DNA of 64,000 nucleotides from Escherichia coli (GTDB lineage Bacteria; Pseudomonadota; Gammaproteobacteria; Enterobacterales; Enterobacteriaceae): NCBI RefSeq assembly GCF_011045215.1, contig NZ_CP049201.1; one strand, 5' to 3'. Shown piece by piece: positions 43,292 to 53,500 of this stretch (position 1 is its first letter; each line of letters starts with the position of its first letter). The notes under the pieces were generated by a model. It saw only the letters and a program-made list of their open reading frames with translations, ran no database searches and was not told where the DNA came from. The position numbers and the translations under genes were made by a program.

Positions 43292-43603
43292 GTGTGCGAA
43301 TTTTATTCTTTCTCTGTTTTATGGTTAAGGAGAAGATGTGCAAAAAAAGTAAAAGAGAAGGATGTTTTAATACCAGGAAAGGTATCTGAGTTTGTTTTTC
43401 CGTTGTTAATGGAGTTGTCTTCGGTTCGTAGTGAGAGGGTTATTTATGCGCTCAGGGATTTTCTTGTCTGGGGATATACAAGGAAGGAGGTATGTGAAAG
43501 GTATGGAGTGACTTACAGTTATTTTTCAAAGGCGTTAAAACGTGTTTGTCGGGTTGGTAATATTATTGTTTGTTTGCTGGAGCATTATCCATTTATTCAT
43601 TGA
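43292..43603 (+). CDS. papB: PapB-family fimbrial transcriptional regulator
   Basis: Aligns with recalled PapB (LLPGSMSEM...SRKEVCEKY vs LIPGKVSEF...TRKEVCERY); start codon uncertain (GTG at 43292). Confidence 0.65.
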   Translation: MCEFYSFSVLWLRRRCAKKVKEKDVLIPGKVSEFVFPLLMELSSVRSERVIYALRDFLVWGYTRKEVCERYGVTYSYFSKALKRVCRVGNIIVCLLEHYPFIH

Positions 43604-43713
43604 TTATTCTCTTAATTTATTATGTAGGTTGATATTAGCGTGTTTTTGTAAGCTTGCTAACACCAGCTGTACATCGTTTAAAGCTGGTTTATTTTTAGCA
43701 TTAAGGAGTTTAA

Positions 43714-44274
43714 ATGAAAATGATTAAAACTGTAATGGCAGGTGCTGTTGCTATGGCTCTGGTTTCTTTTGGTGCGAATGCGGATCCTGCAGCAGTAACA
43801 CTACCTGTAAACCAGGGGCAGGGTGTTGTTAATTTCAAAGGTACTGTGATTAATTCACCGTGCAGCATTGCTCAGGAATCAGCAGATCAGACTATTAATT
43901 TCGGTCAGATTTCTAAAAATCAGCTGGAAAAAGGGGGAACCTCAGTCCGGAAGGATCTTGATATTAAGCTGATGAATTGTGATGTTGCGGTAGGGAAAAA
44001 TGTCAGCGTTACTTTCACTGGTACAACAGTAAAAGGCGGTACTCCGCAGGAGCTTGGTACTACTGGTGATACTGGTACAGCTATTGCGCTGGCCAGTGCA
44101 GATGGTTCTCTGGTTACTTTTGATGGAACCACGCCAGGTGGCGCGACTCAACTGAAAAATGGTGACAACATCCTGAAATATTCTGCCTGGGTTAAAAAAT
44201 CCAGTGCAGCTGGTGCGACTATTAAAGAAGGTGACTTCTCTGCTGTTGCTAACTTTAACCTGACTTATCAGTAA
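43714..44274 (+). CDS. papA: Major fimbrial subunit, PapA-like
   Basis: Signal peptide; PapA-like N-terminus and C-terminus FSAVANFNLTYQ. Confidence 0.8.
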   Translation: MKMIKTVMAGAVAMALVSFGANADPAAVTLPVNQGQGVVNFKGTVINSPCSIAQESADQTINFGQISKNQLEKGGTSVRKDLDIKLMNCDVAVGKNVSVTFTGTTVKGGTPQELGTTGDTGTAIALASADGSLVTFDGTTPGGATQLKNGDNILKYSAWVKKSSAAGATIKEGDFSAVANFNLTYQ

Positions 44275-44356
44275 ATCATGCTCGCCGGTTTTTAACCGTT
44301 ATATACGCAGGGGCGTCAGCCCCTGCCATTTCCGAAAAAGAATTAAGGCATGCTGT

Positions 44357-44941
44357 ATGTTCCGGTACGTAATTTTTTCGGTAACGTTCCTCTGGAGTGT
44401 CGTTGCTCTGGCGACATCGTCCACTTTTCCTCCGCCGGGAATGACGCTGCCTGAATACTGGGGAGAGAAATATGTCTGGTGGCATGGCCGGGCAAGTTTT
44501 AAGGGGCAGGTGATAGCTCCGGCCTGCACGCTGGTTATGGCTGACACCTGGCAGGTTATTGATATGGGTAATACACCTGTTCGCGATTTACAAAACAGCT
44601 TTATGGGTCCTGAAAAGAAGTTTCGTCTGCGGTTACAGAATTGTGAACTGGCGGCAACAGGCGGGAGGGTTTATACAGCAGGTCGTGTGCGGATGACCTT
44701 TGATGGTTTGCAGGGAGAGACTCCCGATAAATTTTCGCTGACCGGGCAGGCGAAAGGTATCAGTCTGCAGATACTGGATAACCAGGGGTATTCGGCCCGT
44801 GTTGGTAAAGCTATGCCGCCGTTATTGCTGAACGGGGACAAAGAAGGACTGGTTTATACTCTGCGGGTTGTCCGGAATGGTGAGCCGTTAAAGGCAGGAG
44901 ATTATTACGCGGCATTACGTTTCAGGGTGGATTACGATTAA
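44357..44941 (+). CDS. papH: PapH-like pilus termination/anchor subunit
   Basis: Matches recalled PapH blocks (FPPPGM.LPEYWGE, ACTL.M.D.WQ.IDMG.TPVRDLQN, FRVDY). Confidence 0.75.
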   Translation: MFRYVIFSVTFLWSVVALATSSTFPPPGMTLPEYWGEKYVWWHGRASFKGQVIAPACTLVMADTWQVIDMGNTPVRDLQNSFMGPEKKFRLRLQNCELAATGGRVYTAGRVRMTFDGLQGETPDKFSLTGQAKGISLQILDNQGYSARVGKAMPPLLLNGDKEGLVYTLRVVRNGEPLKAGDYYAALRFRVDYD

Positions 44942-45079
44942 CAGAATAAAACAAAAATAAAGACCAGTAACAGGATGGGTATTTTCCTGTAGTGTGTGTT
45001 TCTGAAAAGAATCTGAAATTAATCCTGTAATTGGGAGGGATATCCCTTTTTTGTGGGGGGTAAAGGGTGGTGGCCGGTT

Positions 45080-47629
45080 ATGAAAAATAATAACGCGTTT
45101 ATATTGAATATGCCTTTTGTTGTTAATGGCATTACATGTGCGTTGATGTTTTCTTTGGCAGTTATGCCTGTTCATGCTGTCGATTTTAATACTGATATTC
45201 TGGATGCGGAAGATAAACAGAATATTGATATATCCAGGTTCTCTCAGGCGGGGTATATCATGCCTGGTGAATATCAGATGGACATCAGGGTTAATGACCA
45301 GGGGATTTCGCCTTCTGCGTTTTTGGTGAAATTTCTGGAGCCATCAGCCTCCGGTACTGACGAAAAGAAGTTGATGCCGCAGGCCTGTCTGACACCAGAA
45401 GTTGTTCAGCGTATAGGGCTGACGCCAGCATCACTGGATAAAGTGACATACTGGAATAACGGACAGTGTGCTGACTTCAGTCGGTTGCCCGGTGTGGAAA
45501 TTCGCCCCAATCCGGCAGAGGGGATGCTTTATATAAATATGCCGCAGGCGTGGCTGGAGTATTCCGATGCTTCCTGGTTGCCGCCGTCCCGCTGGGATAA
45601 CGGTATTCCGGGGTTGTTGTTTGACTACAACATCAACGGGACAGTAAACAGGCAGCATCAGGGGAGTCAGTCACAGTCACTGAGTTATAACGGGACGACG
45701 GGTGCCAATTTCGGTGCCTGGCGTCTGCGTGCGGACTATCAGGGGAGTCTGAATCGCACTACCGGCAGTGGGCAGGGGGGGACGGACAGCCAGTTTACCT
45801 GGAGTCGCTTCTATCTGTACCGGGCCATCCCGCGCTGGCGCGCGAAGCTTACACTGGGTGAGGATTTTATCAATTCTGCTGTTTTCAGTTCATGGCGATA
45901 TATCGGTGCCCGTCTGGAAAGTGATGAGCGTATGTTGCCACCAAAACTGCGTGGTTATGCTCCTCAGATATCAGGGATTGCGAATACGAATGCGCGCGTC
46001 GTGGTTTCACAACAGGGACGGGTTCTGTATGACTCAACCGTACCGGCGGGACCGTTCACCATTCAGGACCTGGACAGTTCCGTGCGCGGGCGTCTGGATG
46101 TTGAAATTATTGAACAGAATGGACAGAAAAAAACATTCCAGGTCAATACTGCGTACGTACCGTACCTGACCCGGCCGGGGCGGGTACGGTACAAACTGGT
46201 TTCAGGGCGTTCTCGCGGATACGAGCACACGACTGAAGGTCCGGTATTTATGGCCGGGGAAGCATCCTGGGGTATCAGTAACAAGTGGTCACTTTACGGT
46301 GGTGGTATCGTTGCCGGGGATTATAACGCTCTGGCGGTGGGGCTTGGTCGCGACCTGAACGAGTTTGGCACAGTATCAGCGGATGTGACGCAGTCTGTGG
46401 CCCGTATTCCTGGAGAGGCGTTGAGGCAGGGTAAATCCTGGCGCCTGAGCTACTCCAAGCGTTTTGATGACGTAAATGCGGATATCACCTTTGCGGGTTA
46501 CCGCTTTTCTGAACGCAACTACATGACCATGCAGCAATACCTGGATGCCCGCTACCGTCATGATTTTACAGGGCGGGAAAAGGAGCAGTACGATGTTTCG
46601 CTGAACAAGGGGCTTGAAGATGGCAAAACATCAGTCGGCTTTCAGTACAGTCATCAGACGTACTGGGACCAGCGCACATCAAATTATTACACATTATCGC
46701 TGAACCGTTATTTCGATATATCAGACCTTAAAAATATTTCCGTGAGTCTGAGTGCTTCCCGCTCCCGGTATCAGCAGAGAAACGGCAATGAGGGAGGAAC
46801 GTATAACGATTCCGTATATCTGCGGCTGTCCGTGCCATGGGGGAACGGAACGCTCAGTTACAACGGTGGTATGAGTAATGACCGTTACACCAATACAGTG
46901 AGTTACAACAGTACGCTGAACGGTGGCCTGGACAACTACAACCTGAGTGTCGGGCTGGACAGTGGTGGAGGACAGAAAACACAGGGACAGGTGAGTGGTT
47001 ATTACGGTCACAGTAGCCCGCTGGCAAATGTGTCAGCCAGTTTCTCTGCCGTGGAGAACGGTTACACGTCATTCGGTATGAGCGCATCCGGTGGTGCAAC
47101 GATTACCGCGAAAGGTGCGGCCCTGCATGCAGGGGGCATGAACGGAGGAACCCGGCTGTTGGTGGACACTGATGGTGTTGGAGGCGTGCCTGTCGACGGC
47201 GGCCGGGTTTCCACTAACCGCTGGGGAATTGGTGTGGTGACGGATGTGAGCAGTTATTACCGCAACACCACTACGGTTGACCTGAACAAACTGCCGGATG
47301 ATATGGAAGCCACCCGCTCGGTGGTGGAGTCGGTCCTGACGGAAGGGGCTATTGGTTACAGGGAGTTTGAAGTCCTGAAAGGAGCCCGTTTGTTTGCTGT
47401 GTTGCGTCTGGCAGACAACAGCCATCCGCCATTTGGTGCCAGCGTGACAAACGCAAAAGGCCGTGAACTGGGGATGGTGGCAGACAGTGGTCTGGCCTGG
47501 CTGAGTGGGGTAAGCCCGGGTGAAACCCTTAATGTGGGCTGGGACGGTAAAACACAGTGTGTGGTGGATATCCCGAAAAAAACGGACCCGGCACAGCAAC
47601 TGCTGCTGCCCTGCCGTAAGGCGAACTGA
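45080..47629 (+). CDS. papC: Outer-membrane fimbrial usher, PapC-like
   Basis: ~850 aa with signal peptide; size, position and beta-rich composition; ATG at 45080. Confidence 0.85.
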   Translation: MKNNNAFILNMPFVVNGITCALMFSLAVMPVHAVDFNTDILDAEDKQNIDISRFSQAGYIMPGEYQMDIRVNDQGISPSAFLVKFLEPSASGTDEKKLMPQACLTPEVVQRIGLTPASLDKVTYWNNGQCADFSRLPGVEIRPNPAEGMLYINMPQAWLEYSDASWLPPSRWDNGIPGLLFDYNINGTVNRQHQGSQSQSLSYNGTTGANFGAWRLRADYQGSLNRTTGSGQGGTDSQFTWSRFYLYRAIPRWRAKLTLGEDFINSAVFSSWRYIGARLESDERMLPPKLRGYAPQISGIANTNARVVVSQQGRVLYDSTVPAGPFTIQDLDSSVRGRLDVEIIEQNGQKKTFQVNTAYVPYLTRPGRVRYKLVSGRSRGYEHTTEGPVFMAGEASWGISNKWSLYGGGIVAGDYNALAVGLGRDLNEFGTVSADVTQSVARIPGEALRQGKSWRLSYSKRFDDVNADITFAGYRFSERNYMTMQQYLDARYRHDFTGREKEQYDVSLNKGLEDGKTSVGFQYSHQTYWDQRTSNYYTLSLNRYFDISDLKNISVSLSASRSRYQQRNGNEGGTYNDSVYLRLSVPWGNGTLSYNGGMSNDRYTNTVSYNSTLNGGLDNYNLSVGLDSGGGQKTQGQVSGYYGHSSPLANVSASFSAVENGYTSFGMSASGGATITAKGAALHAGGMNGGTRLLVDTDGVGGVPVDGGRVSTNRWGIGVVTDVSSYYRNTTTVDLNKLPDDMEATRSVVESVLTEGAIGYREFEVLKGARLFAVLRLADNSHPPFGASVTNAKGRELGMVADSGLAWLSGVSPGETLNVGWDGKTQCVVDIPKKTDPAQQLLLPCRKAN

Positions 47630-47758
47630 TGGAACGAGGGGCTGACTGCCGGTCATCTTACACCGGCTGGCAGTCAGTAACCCCGTACAGGCATGAATCG
47701 ATAAGCGGACGGTGTTGCGCCACAGGCGACACCGGAACCAGAACTGAGAGAAGAAAAG

Positions 47759-48490
47759 ATGCTGAAAATGAAACCGGCGCTGAAAAAAACGCTGATGGCG
47801 GTAGCGTGCCTGAGCGCAGTACCGGCAGCCCAGGCTGCCATCTCCCTGGACCGTACGCGTGCGATTTTTAACGGTGGTGAGAAATCGATGACACTGAATA
47901 TCGCCAATGATAACAAACAGCTCCCCTACCTGGCGCAGGCCTGGATAGAGAATGAGAAACAGGAAAAAATCACCACGGGGCCGGTTATTGCCACACCACC
48001 GGTACAGCGTCTTGAGCCTGGAAGTAAAAGTATGGTGCGCCTTTCCACAACTCCGGACATCAGTAAACTGCCACAGGACCGGGAATCTCTGTTCTACTTC
48101 AACCTTCGTGAAATTCCTCCGAAGAGTGATAAGGCGAATGTGCTGCAGATAGCCCTGCAGACCAAAATCAAGCTGTTTTACCGCCCGAAAGCCATTGAGG
48201 CGAAACCCAATGCAGTCTGGCAGGACCAGCTGGTACTGAACAAAACCAGTGGAGGTTACCGGATTGAAAACCCGACGCCGTATTACGTGACGGTGATTGG
48301 CCTTGGCGGCAGTGAAAAACAGGCGAAGGAAGGCGAGTTTGAGGCCGTGATGCTGGCACCGAAGTCCACGCAGACGGTGAAATCCGGAACATACAGTACG
48401 CCGTACCTGAGCTACATCAACGACTACGGCGGACGTCCGGTTCTGCCGTTCAGCTGCAGCGGAGACCGCTGTACGGCGGTGAAGAAATAA
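47759..48490 (+). CDS. papD: Periplasmic pilus chaperone, PapD-like
   Basis: Long near-identical runs to recalled PapD (SLDRTRA.F.G.EKSMTL.I.NDNKQLPYLAQAWIENE.QEKI.TGPVIATPPVQRLEPG.KSMVRLSTTPDISKLPQDRESLFYFNLREIPP). Confidence 0.9.
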   Translation: MLKMKPALKKTLMAVACLSAVPAAQAAISLDRTRAIFNGGEKSMTLNIANDNKQLPYLAQAWIENEKQEKITTGPVIATPPVQRLEPGSKSMVRLSTTPDISKLPQDRESLFYFNLREIPPKSDKANVLQIALQTKIKLFYRPKAIEAKPNAVWQDQLVLNKTSGGYRIENPTPYYVTVIGLGGSEKQAKEGEFEAVMLAPKSTQTVKSGTYSTPYLSYINDYGGRPVLPFSCSGDRCTAVKK

Positions 48491-48516
48491 GCACGCAGTA
48501 ACAGGATTAACCGGAG

Positions 48517-49113
48517 GTGCCGGAGATGAACAGGACAACGACAGGACTCTGTCTGGCTGCGCTGCTGGTGAGCTGCAGCATGAACAGTGTACTGCGGGCA
48601 GATGAAATTGTGCCACAGAACGATTTTTTCGTGGCGGATGAAAGCCGTCACCAGTGGGTGAGTGAACGTAATGGCCGTACCGGGATGCTGACAGTTCGTG
48701 GTGCGCTGCTGTCATCCCCGTGCACGCTGGAGACGAATGAGGTGGAGCTGCCGTTACAAAAAAGCACGGAAGGCATCATGACGCGTTATGTGCTGAAGCT
48801 GAATCTGCTGGGGTGTGGTGACGGTGGTGCGGTGACATCAGCCGGTTCGGTGGCAGGGCGTGACAGCATGATGGTGATGCAGAGTGCCCTGCTGACGGGA
48901 GTGGAGGACGGCGTGCTGCAGCCGGAACAGCGGATGGTCAGCACGGGGCGTGCTGTTGTGTACGGTGGTGCGAATCAGTTCACATACTGGCTGAGTGAGT
49001 CGCAGCAACAGGCCCTGGTGGGACGGCGGGTGACAGAGCGTATGCAGGGGAAACGGCACCTGAATCCACGGGAAAATCCAGCCCTGTTACGTCTGCGGCT
49101 GGATTATGAATGA
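48517..49113 (+). CDS. papJ: PapJ-like pilus assembly protein
   Basis: 198 aa; LLSSPCTL...GCGDGGA...NPALLRL...YE resembles recalled PapJ. Confidence 0.65.
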   Translation: MPEMNRTTTGLCLAALLVSCSMNSVLRADEIVPQNDFFVADESRHQWVSERNGRTGMLTVRGALLSSPCTLETNEVELPLQKSTEGIMTRYVLKLNLLGCGDGGAVTSAGSVAGRDSMMVMQSALLTGVEDGVLQPEQRMVSTGRAVVYGGANQFTYWLSESQQQALVGRRVTERMQGKRHLNPRENPALLRLRLDYE

Positions 49114-49130
49114 ATACAGGGGGGAGCGGT

Positions 49131-49697
49131 ATGAGAGGAATATTTTCCGGGACTGGTATTGTCTGTCTGGCAGGTTGTCTGCCTTTGTTATTCAGTCTGT
49201 CTGCCGGGGCAGTGAATGTCACATTTGATGGTGAGCTGTTTGACAGTCCCTGTCAGATAGCACCTGACAGCCTGAATCAGACCGTACAGTTTATGGAGCG
49301 TCCGGTAAAGGATTTTCAGTATGCGCCCGGGCGGGGGCCTGCCGAGGGGTTCAGTATCCGTTTGCTGAGGTGTGACACGAATGCTATCCGGAAAACGGTG
49401 AAGCTGACATTCAGCGGTAACCGGGAAAGTGGCATGAAAGAGCGGGCTGATTATTTTCTGAAGGTGACAGGTCCTGACGCAGGGAAGCTGGCGGTTGGTC
49501 TGCTGGATACGGATGGTGTCACGCCAGTGAAACTGGGTGAGGTTCATAATCATGGGCAGGGTACTTCCATTGACCGGGATACGCTGCAGCTTAATTTTAA
49601 AGCTTATGTACAGGCAACACCTGATGCACTGGCACAGAAAAGTGTGACCCCGGGGGGGTATGAATCAACAGCGAATTTTGAGTTGTTTTATGAGTGA
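49131..49697 (+). CDS. papK: PapK-like minor pilin (adaptor)
   Basis: Resembles recalled PapK (LLDTDG, ATFEL.Y. C-terminus); ATG at 49131 with GGGGAG RBS. Confidence 0.65.
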   Translation: MRGIFSGTGIVCLAGCLPLLFSLSAGAVNVTFDGELFDSPCQIAPDSLNQTVQFMERPVKDFQYAPGRGPAEGFSIRLLRCDTNAIRKTVKLTFSGNRESGMKERADYFLKVTGPDAGKLAVGLLDTDGVTPVKLGEVHNHGQGTSIDRDTLQLNFKAYVQATPDALAQKSVTPGGYESTANFELFYE

Positions 49698-49844
49698 CAG
49701 AAGGCATGGTTCGGGCAAAGGAATTCACCGGACTGTGTATGGTCCTGATGTTAATGAGGTACATTTGTGTACATGACAGGGGATGCAGGGACAGATCTGG
49801 TGGCTGAAACAAAGTGACAGAAAACTGGCTGAAGAGGTAATAAA

Positions 49845-50411
49845 ATGAAGAATATACCAGTTTCAGCGAAATTATTGCTGATGTTAATGGGGGCTGTTTT
49901 CTTCTTCGGAATACAGTCTGCCATTGCAGTGGATATTAATATAAAAATTACTGGGGAAATTTATATTCCTCCGTGCAAAATTAACGGTAATGACGAAGAA
50001 ATACAGGTGTCTTTTGGTAATATGTCGCTGTATGACGTTGACGGACATAAAAATGCTGTTACCAAAAATATTACGGTAAACTGTGATTATTATCAGGGAA
50101 CACCTTATATCCGGATGGACGGAATGGTGTTATCTGGTGCCGGAGATAATGTTCTTAAGACAACTGGAGCCAATTCGTCAACGCTGGGGGTTGCCTTGTA
50201 TCAGGGGAGTGATGTGAACAACTCTTATCCTTTGAGGATCGGTGCCGGAGATCAGGGTAAGTATGGATATAAAATTACACGAGGGCTGACAGGGCAGAAT
50301 ACAGCGACGGGGCAGTTTACTTTTACAGCGGTACCATGGAAGCTGGGTGGCGGAACATTGAATGCCGGAAAATTCAGTGCGGTAGCAACAATGAGTATCA
50401 GTTATTTATAA
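49845..50411 (+). CDS. Fimbrial minor subunit (PapE/PapF-like), low GC
   Basis: 188 aa, signal peptide, conserved Cys pair, pilin C-terminal strand FSAVATMSISYL. Confidence 0.6.
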   Translation: MKNIPVSAKLLLMLMGAVFFFGIQSAIAVDINIKITGEIYIPPCKINGNDEEIQVSFGNMSLYDVDGHKNAVTKNITVNCDYYQGTPYIRMDGMVLSGAGDNVLKTTGANSSTLGVALYQGSDVNNSYPLRIGAGDQGKYGYKITRGLTGQNTATGQFTFTAVPWKLGGGTLNAGKFSAVATMSISYL

Positions 50412-50433
50412 AATAAATCTGATTTTGTAGGAA

Positions 50434-50469
50434 AAAAGATGAGATGGCTGGAAAAGATGAGATGGCTGG
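50434..50469. repeat. Perfect 18-bp tandem duplication (AAAAGATGAGATGGCTGG x2)
   Basis: Read directly; lies in the intergenic spacer between the minor pilin gene and the first adhesin-like gene. Confidence 0.8.
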
Positions 50470-50578
50470 AGTGTGTTAGTTTTGTTTAGACTGGTTATGA
50501 TGAATATCGGTGGGCAATGAAAAAAGTACACAGCGTTGTCGTGAGTGGAATGATACCAATAAGCAAGGCAATTAACTA

Positions 50579-51538
50579 ATGATTAAGTTTGTGATTAGTT
50601 TTCTGTTTTTTGTTCTTTATTCGGTAAGTGCTTATGGAGCTGATTGTGCGGTTATATATAGTCTCCCATTAACTCTTACGGGGGCACAAAGTGGTCTGAG
50701 CTGGAGTGGAAGCGTAGGCGGACATGGCGTTGGGAGTTATATTTCTACTTGTCCGAGACCTTATAAATATGATTACAGATATAATATCGTTTCGAAAAAC
50801 GCAGTTTGCACAAATCTGGCTGATAGTAAGAATTATATCGTAACAGTTAGTACTATTGGTGCGAGTGTGGATACTGGTGCTATGGAGCGATATCCTGATT
50901 TATATAGTGGTAATGAATCATTTGAAGTATGGGGGAAATCATATCCTGCTGGTGGAATTCCCCTTGCAGGAAGTGCTCAAATTTATGGTTTTTATACAAC
51001 AAGAATTACTATGGATATAAGCTCGTTGCCTGTCGGTTCTTTTTCTTGTGTGATAAAAAATACTCATGGGGCTTATGGTAGCGAGACCAATAACCCGGAG
51101 AGTGGTAGTAAGTTAATTTTTAACAGAGCTCTCTCTTTAGGAGCATCAGGTTGGGCTACAGGAAGAGTGAATGTGTCTGTTAATAGTGCGTGTCGTATAA
51201 ATAATGATCAAGGCTCGCTTGATGTAAGGCATGATAATATTGTCTCTGGTTCAGATAGTATAAAGGTTGTGTCAGTGCCGATTATCTGTAATAAAAATAG
51301 TAGTATTGTTGTTCGATTGAGTGGAGGGATGGTTCAAAATGATGGCGTATTAATAAATGTCGGCGAGTCGAAAAGTTTAGTAAGTGTTTCGGCATATGAT
51401 GGTGGTGAGGGTGCTGCAAGGTTGTCCATGGATGTGGCAAGCAATGTAAATACAAGCGTTTTTGTTAGAAGTAAACTGAAAGCTAAAGGGGGGGGGAGGC
51501 AATCAGGAAATATAATTATGAGTGTTACCTATAATTAA
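50579..51538 (+). CDS. Fimbrial adhesin-like two-domain subunit, paralog 1
   Basis: 319 aa; signal peptide; PapG-like size; pilin-type C-terminal strand (IIMSVTYN); low-GC gene. Confidence 0.55.
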   Translation: MIKFVISFLFFVLYSVSAYGADCAVIYSLPLTLTGAQSGLSWSGSVGGHGVGSYISTCPRPYKYDYRYNIVSKNAVCTNLADSKNYIVTVSTIGASVDTGAMERYPDLYSGNESFEVWGKSYPAGGIPLAGSAQIYGFYTTRITMDISSLPVGSFSCVIKNTHGAYGSETNNPESGSKLIFNRALSLGASGWATGRVNVSVNSACRINNDQGSLDVRHDNIVSGSDSIKVVSVPIICNKNSSIVVRLSGGMVQNDGVLINVGESKSLVSVSAYDGGEGAARLSMDVASNVNTSVFVRSKLKAKGGGRQSGNIIMSVTYN

Positions 51539-51576
51539 AAAATAAGATGTGTCCAGGCTTGCTCAGGGGGGGGAGA

Positions 51577-52506
51577 ATGCTTAAGTTTGCAGGAAGTATC
51601 ATATTATTGATTATTTCATTATCTTGTTCGGCGGACTGGAATGTCAGAGGGATGAGTAATACTATAACATCGATAAATGCTTCTGTTAATTCTGATGCAT
51701 CTATATCGATAGCATTGAGCGGTTCAAGATATCCCAGTAATTCATTTAAGTGTAATGTTTCTTCTGGGGAGTATATTTATAACACATGGAGATATCTGGT
51801 ATGGTTTCTTGAAGATATAAATATAGATGGTAAAAATATTTCTTTTACTGCGCCAGATAAATTATATGATTCAGTTGGTGGTAACTTTGATGTTGAAAAG
51901 TGGCAGTGGGTGAATAATGGAAAATCTCTGATTTTAGTAGCCAGAAACACCAGTGGAGGCATAAGTGATAAAAGAATGTGTTGGGAAGGTGAATCATATA
52001 GCTTTAATACTAATCTTGTCGGGAATGCTGTTGGGATTACATTACCGGCAGGAGAACATTATGTTAGTTTTGGTTTGAGGGTAATGCGAATTCAGGCATC
52101 TGAGGATGCGAATTTTGTATATAATTTGGCTATTGCAAATTATTTTCGTTCTCCTGTAACACTAATAAAGGCACCAGTAAACATTGCTTCATACTGTATC
52201 AGCAAAAGCGGAGATTTACTTACTTTAAATTATGGAGCGTTCTCTGCTGGTTCGGCTAATGGAAGAGTATCTTCAGCAAAATTTGATTATGAATGTAACC
52301 TGGATACCGCCCTGCCAAAGGTGATTTTACAGGGGAGTGAAGTGTCATTGTGTGATGGATTGACAGCAAAACTTACGGCACATACAGAACGGGCGAATAA
52401 CTATAATTTCAGGACAATTTTTACGAGCACATTATATGGTACGGCGTCATCTTCTTGTGTGGGAAAATTTTCAAAGGTTGTGGTGGCGACATTAACCCCT
52501 CCATAA
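51577..52506 (+). CDS. Fimbrial adhesin-like two-domain subunit, paralog 2
   Basis: ~309 aa from the ATG at 51577; signal peptide; C-terminus VVVATLTPP; low GC. Confidence 0.5.
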   Translation: MLKFAGSIILLIISLSCSADWNVRGMSNTITSINASVNSDASISIALSGSRYPSNSFKCNVSSGEYIYNTWRYLVWFLEDINIDGKNISFTAPDKLYDSVGGNFDVEKWQWVNNGKSLILVARNTSGGISDKRMCWEGESYSFNTNLVGNAVGITLPAGEHYVSFGLRVMRIQASEDANFVYNLAIANYFRSPVTLIKAPVNIASYCISKSGDLLTLNYGAFSAGSANGRVSSAKFDYECNLDTALPKVILQGSEVSLCDGLTAKLTAHTERANNYNFRTIFTSTLYGTASSSCVGKFSKVVVATLTPP

Positions 52507-52538
52507 TATGAAGTGTTATACTTTCGGGTTGGTGATAT

Positions 52539-53483
52539 ATGAAAAATTGGATGCTGATATTGTTATTTTGTCCTTGGTATGTTTTTTCTCAGGGCTATAT
52601 AGAGTCTATTGTTGTAGACGGTGCCAGAACAGATGCAAAGGTTGAAGGTGACGGAGTATATAATATTTCTTATGCCCATGGTGCTGGTGGTTATCATTTC
52701 CAGATATTCCACAGTGATTGTACGGGGTCTCTGGCAATGTCATATAGTTATATATCACTTCCACAGAATGTCACTATTAATAACAATAGTTATAATATTA
52801 ATTGGCATGCATCTTTTGGTGAGGTTGTGACTGTTGGTCAGCGGGTTATTGTTTTTTCTCTCAAACCTGATCAACATTTGAGAATTTGTGCATTTGTTGG
52901 TGGGGAGGGGCGCGATACTCCTGCGGGACCGATTAGCGTCAGTGGAATAATTAACTTTAAGGAGCTTCTGACACCCGGTGTGATTCGTTTACCTCCGGTA
53001 ACTTATTTTGTAGGTAATGTCTTTGCTAATACGAAATCAGAAGCGTTAGATCTTTTGATAAATTATTCTGACAAAGGAAATCCAACGGTTTTATATCCAA
53101 ATGGTGATGGTGAATTAATAATTCCAGAACAGTGTAGAATTTTTGATGGTTCCGATAAGATAAGTATACCTATGGAGGATGTACCATTAGGTACAAAAAA
53201 ATCGAAAAGAGTTTTACACACTGTAGAGTGCAATTCAGAGAGTGCGGCATTAAAATTTATAAATTTCCGGTTGTATGGGCAGGGAGGGCAGGAAATACAG
53301 GCATCTCCAGGAAGGCAGGAATTAAAAATTAAAATGAGCAATGGGTCCAGTGCGAATATCAGAATAATGCCATTGCCAAATGGAAAGATAGTGGAGTTAC
53401 CAATAGATGTTACTCTGGATACTACAAAAGGAAAATCTGGTGATACAGAAGGAAGTGCTATTTTGCAATATACACTAAATTGA
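52539..53483 (+). CDS. Fimbrial adhesin-like two-domain subunit, paralog 3
   Basis: 314 aa; signal peptide; C-terminal strand SAILQYTLN; low GC. Confidence 0.5.
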   Translation: MKNWMLILLFCPWYVFSQGYIESIVVDGARTDAKVEGDGVYNISYAHGAGGYHFQIFHSDCTGSLAMSYSYISLPQNVTINNNSYNINWHASFGEVVTVGQRVIVFSLKPDQHLRICAFVGGEGRDTPAGPISVSGIINFKELLTPGVIRLPPVTYFVGNVFANTKSEALDLLINYSDKGNPTVLYPNGDGELIIPEQCRIFDGSDKISIPMEDVPLGTKKSKRVLHTVECNSESAALKFINFRLYGQGGQEIQASPGRQELKIKMSNGSSANIRIMPLPNGKIVELPIDVTLDTTKGKSGDTEGSAILQYTLN

Positions 53484-53500
53484 TTCTCAGGAGGCTCTGT

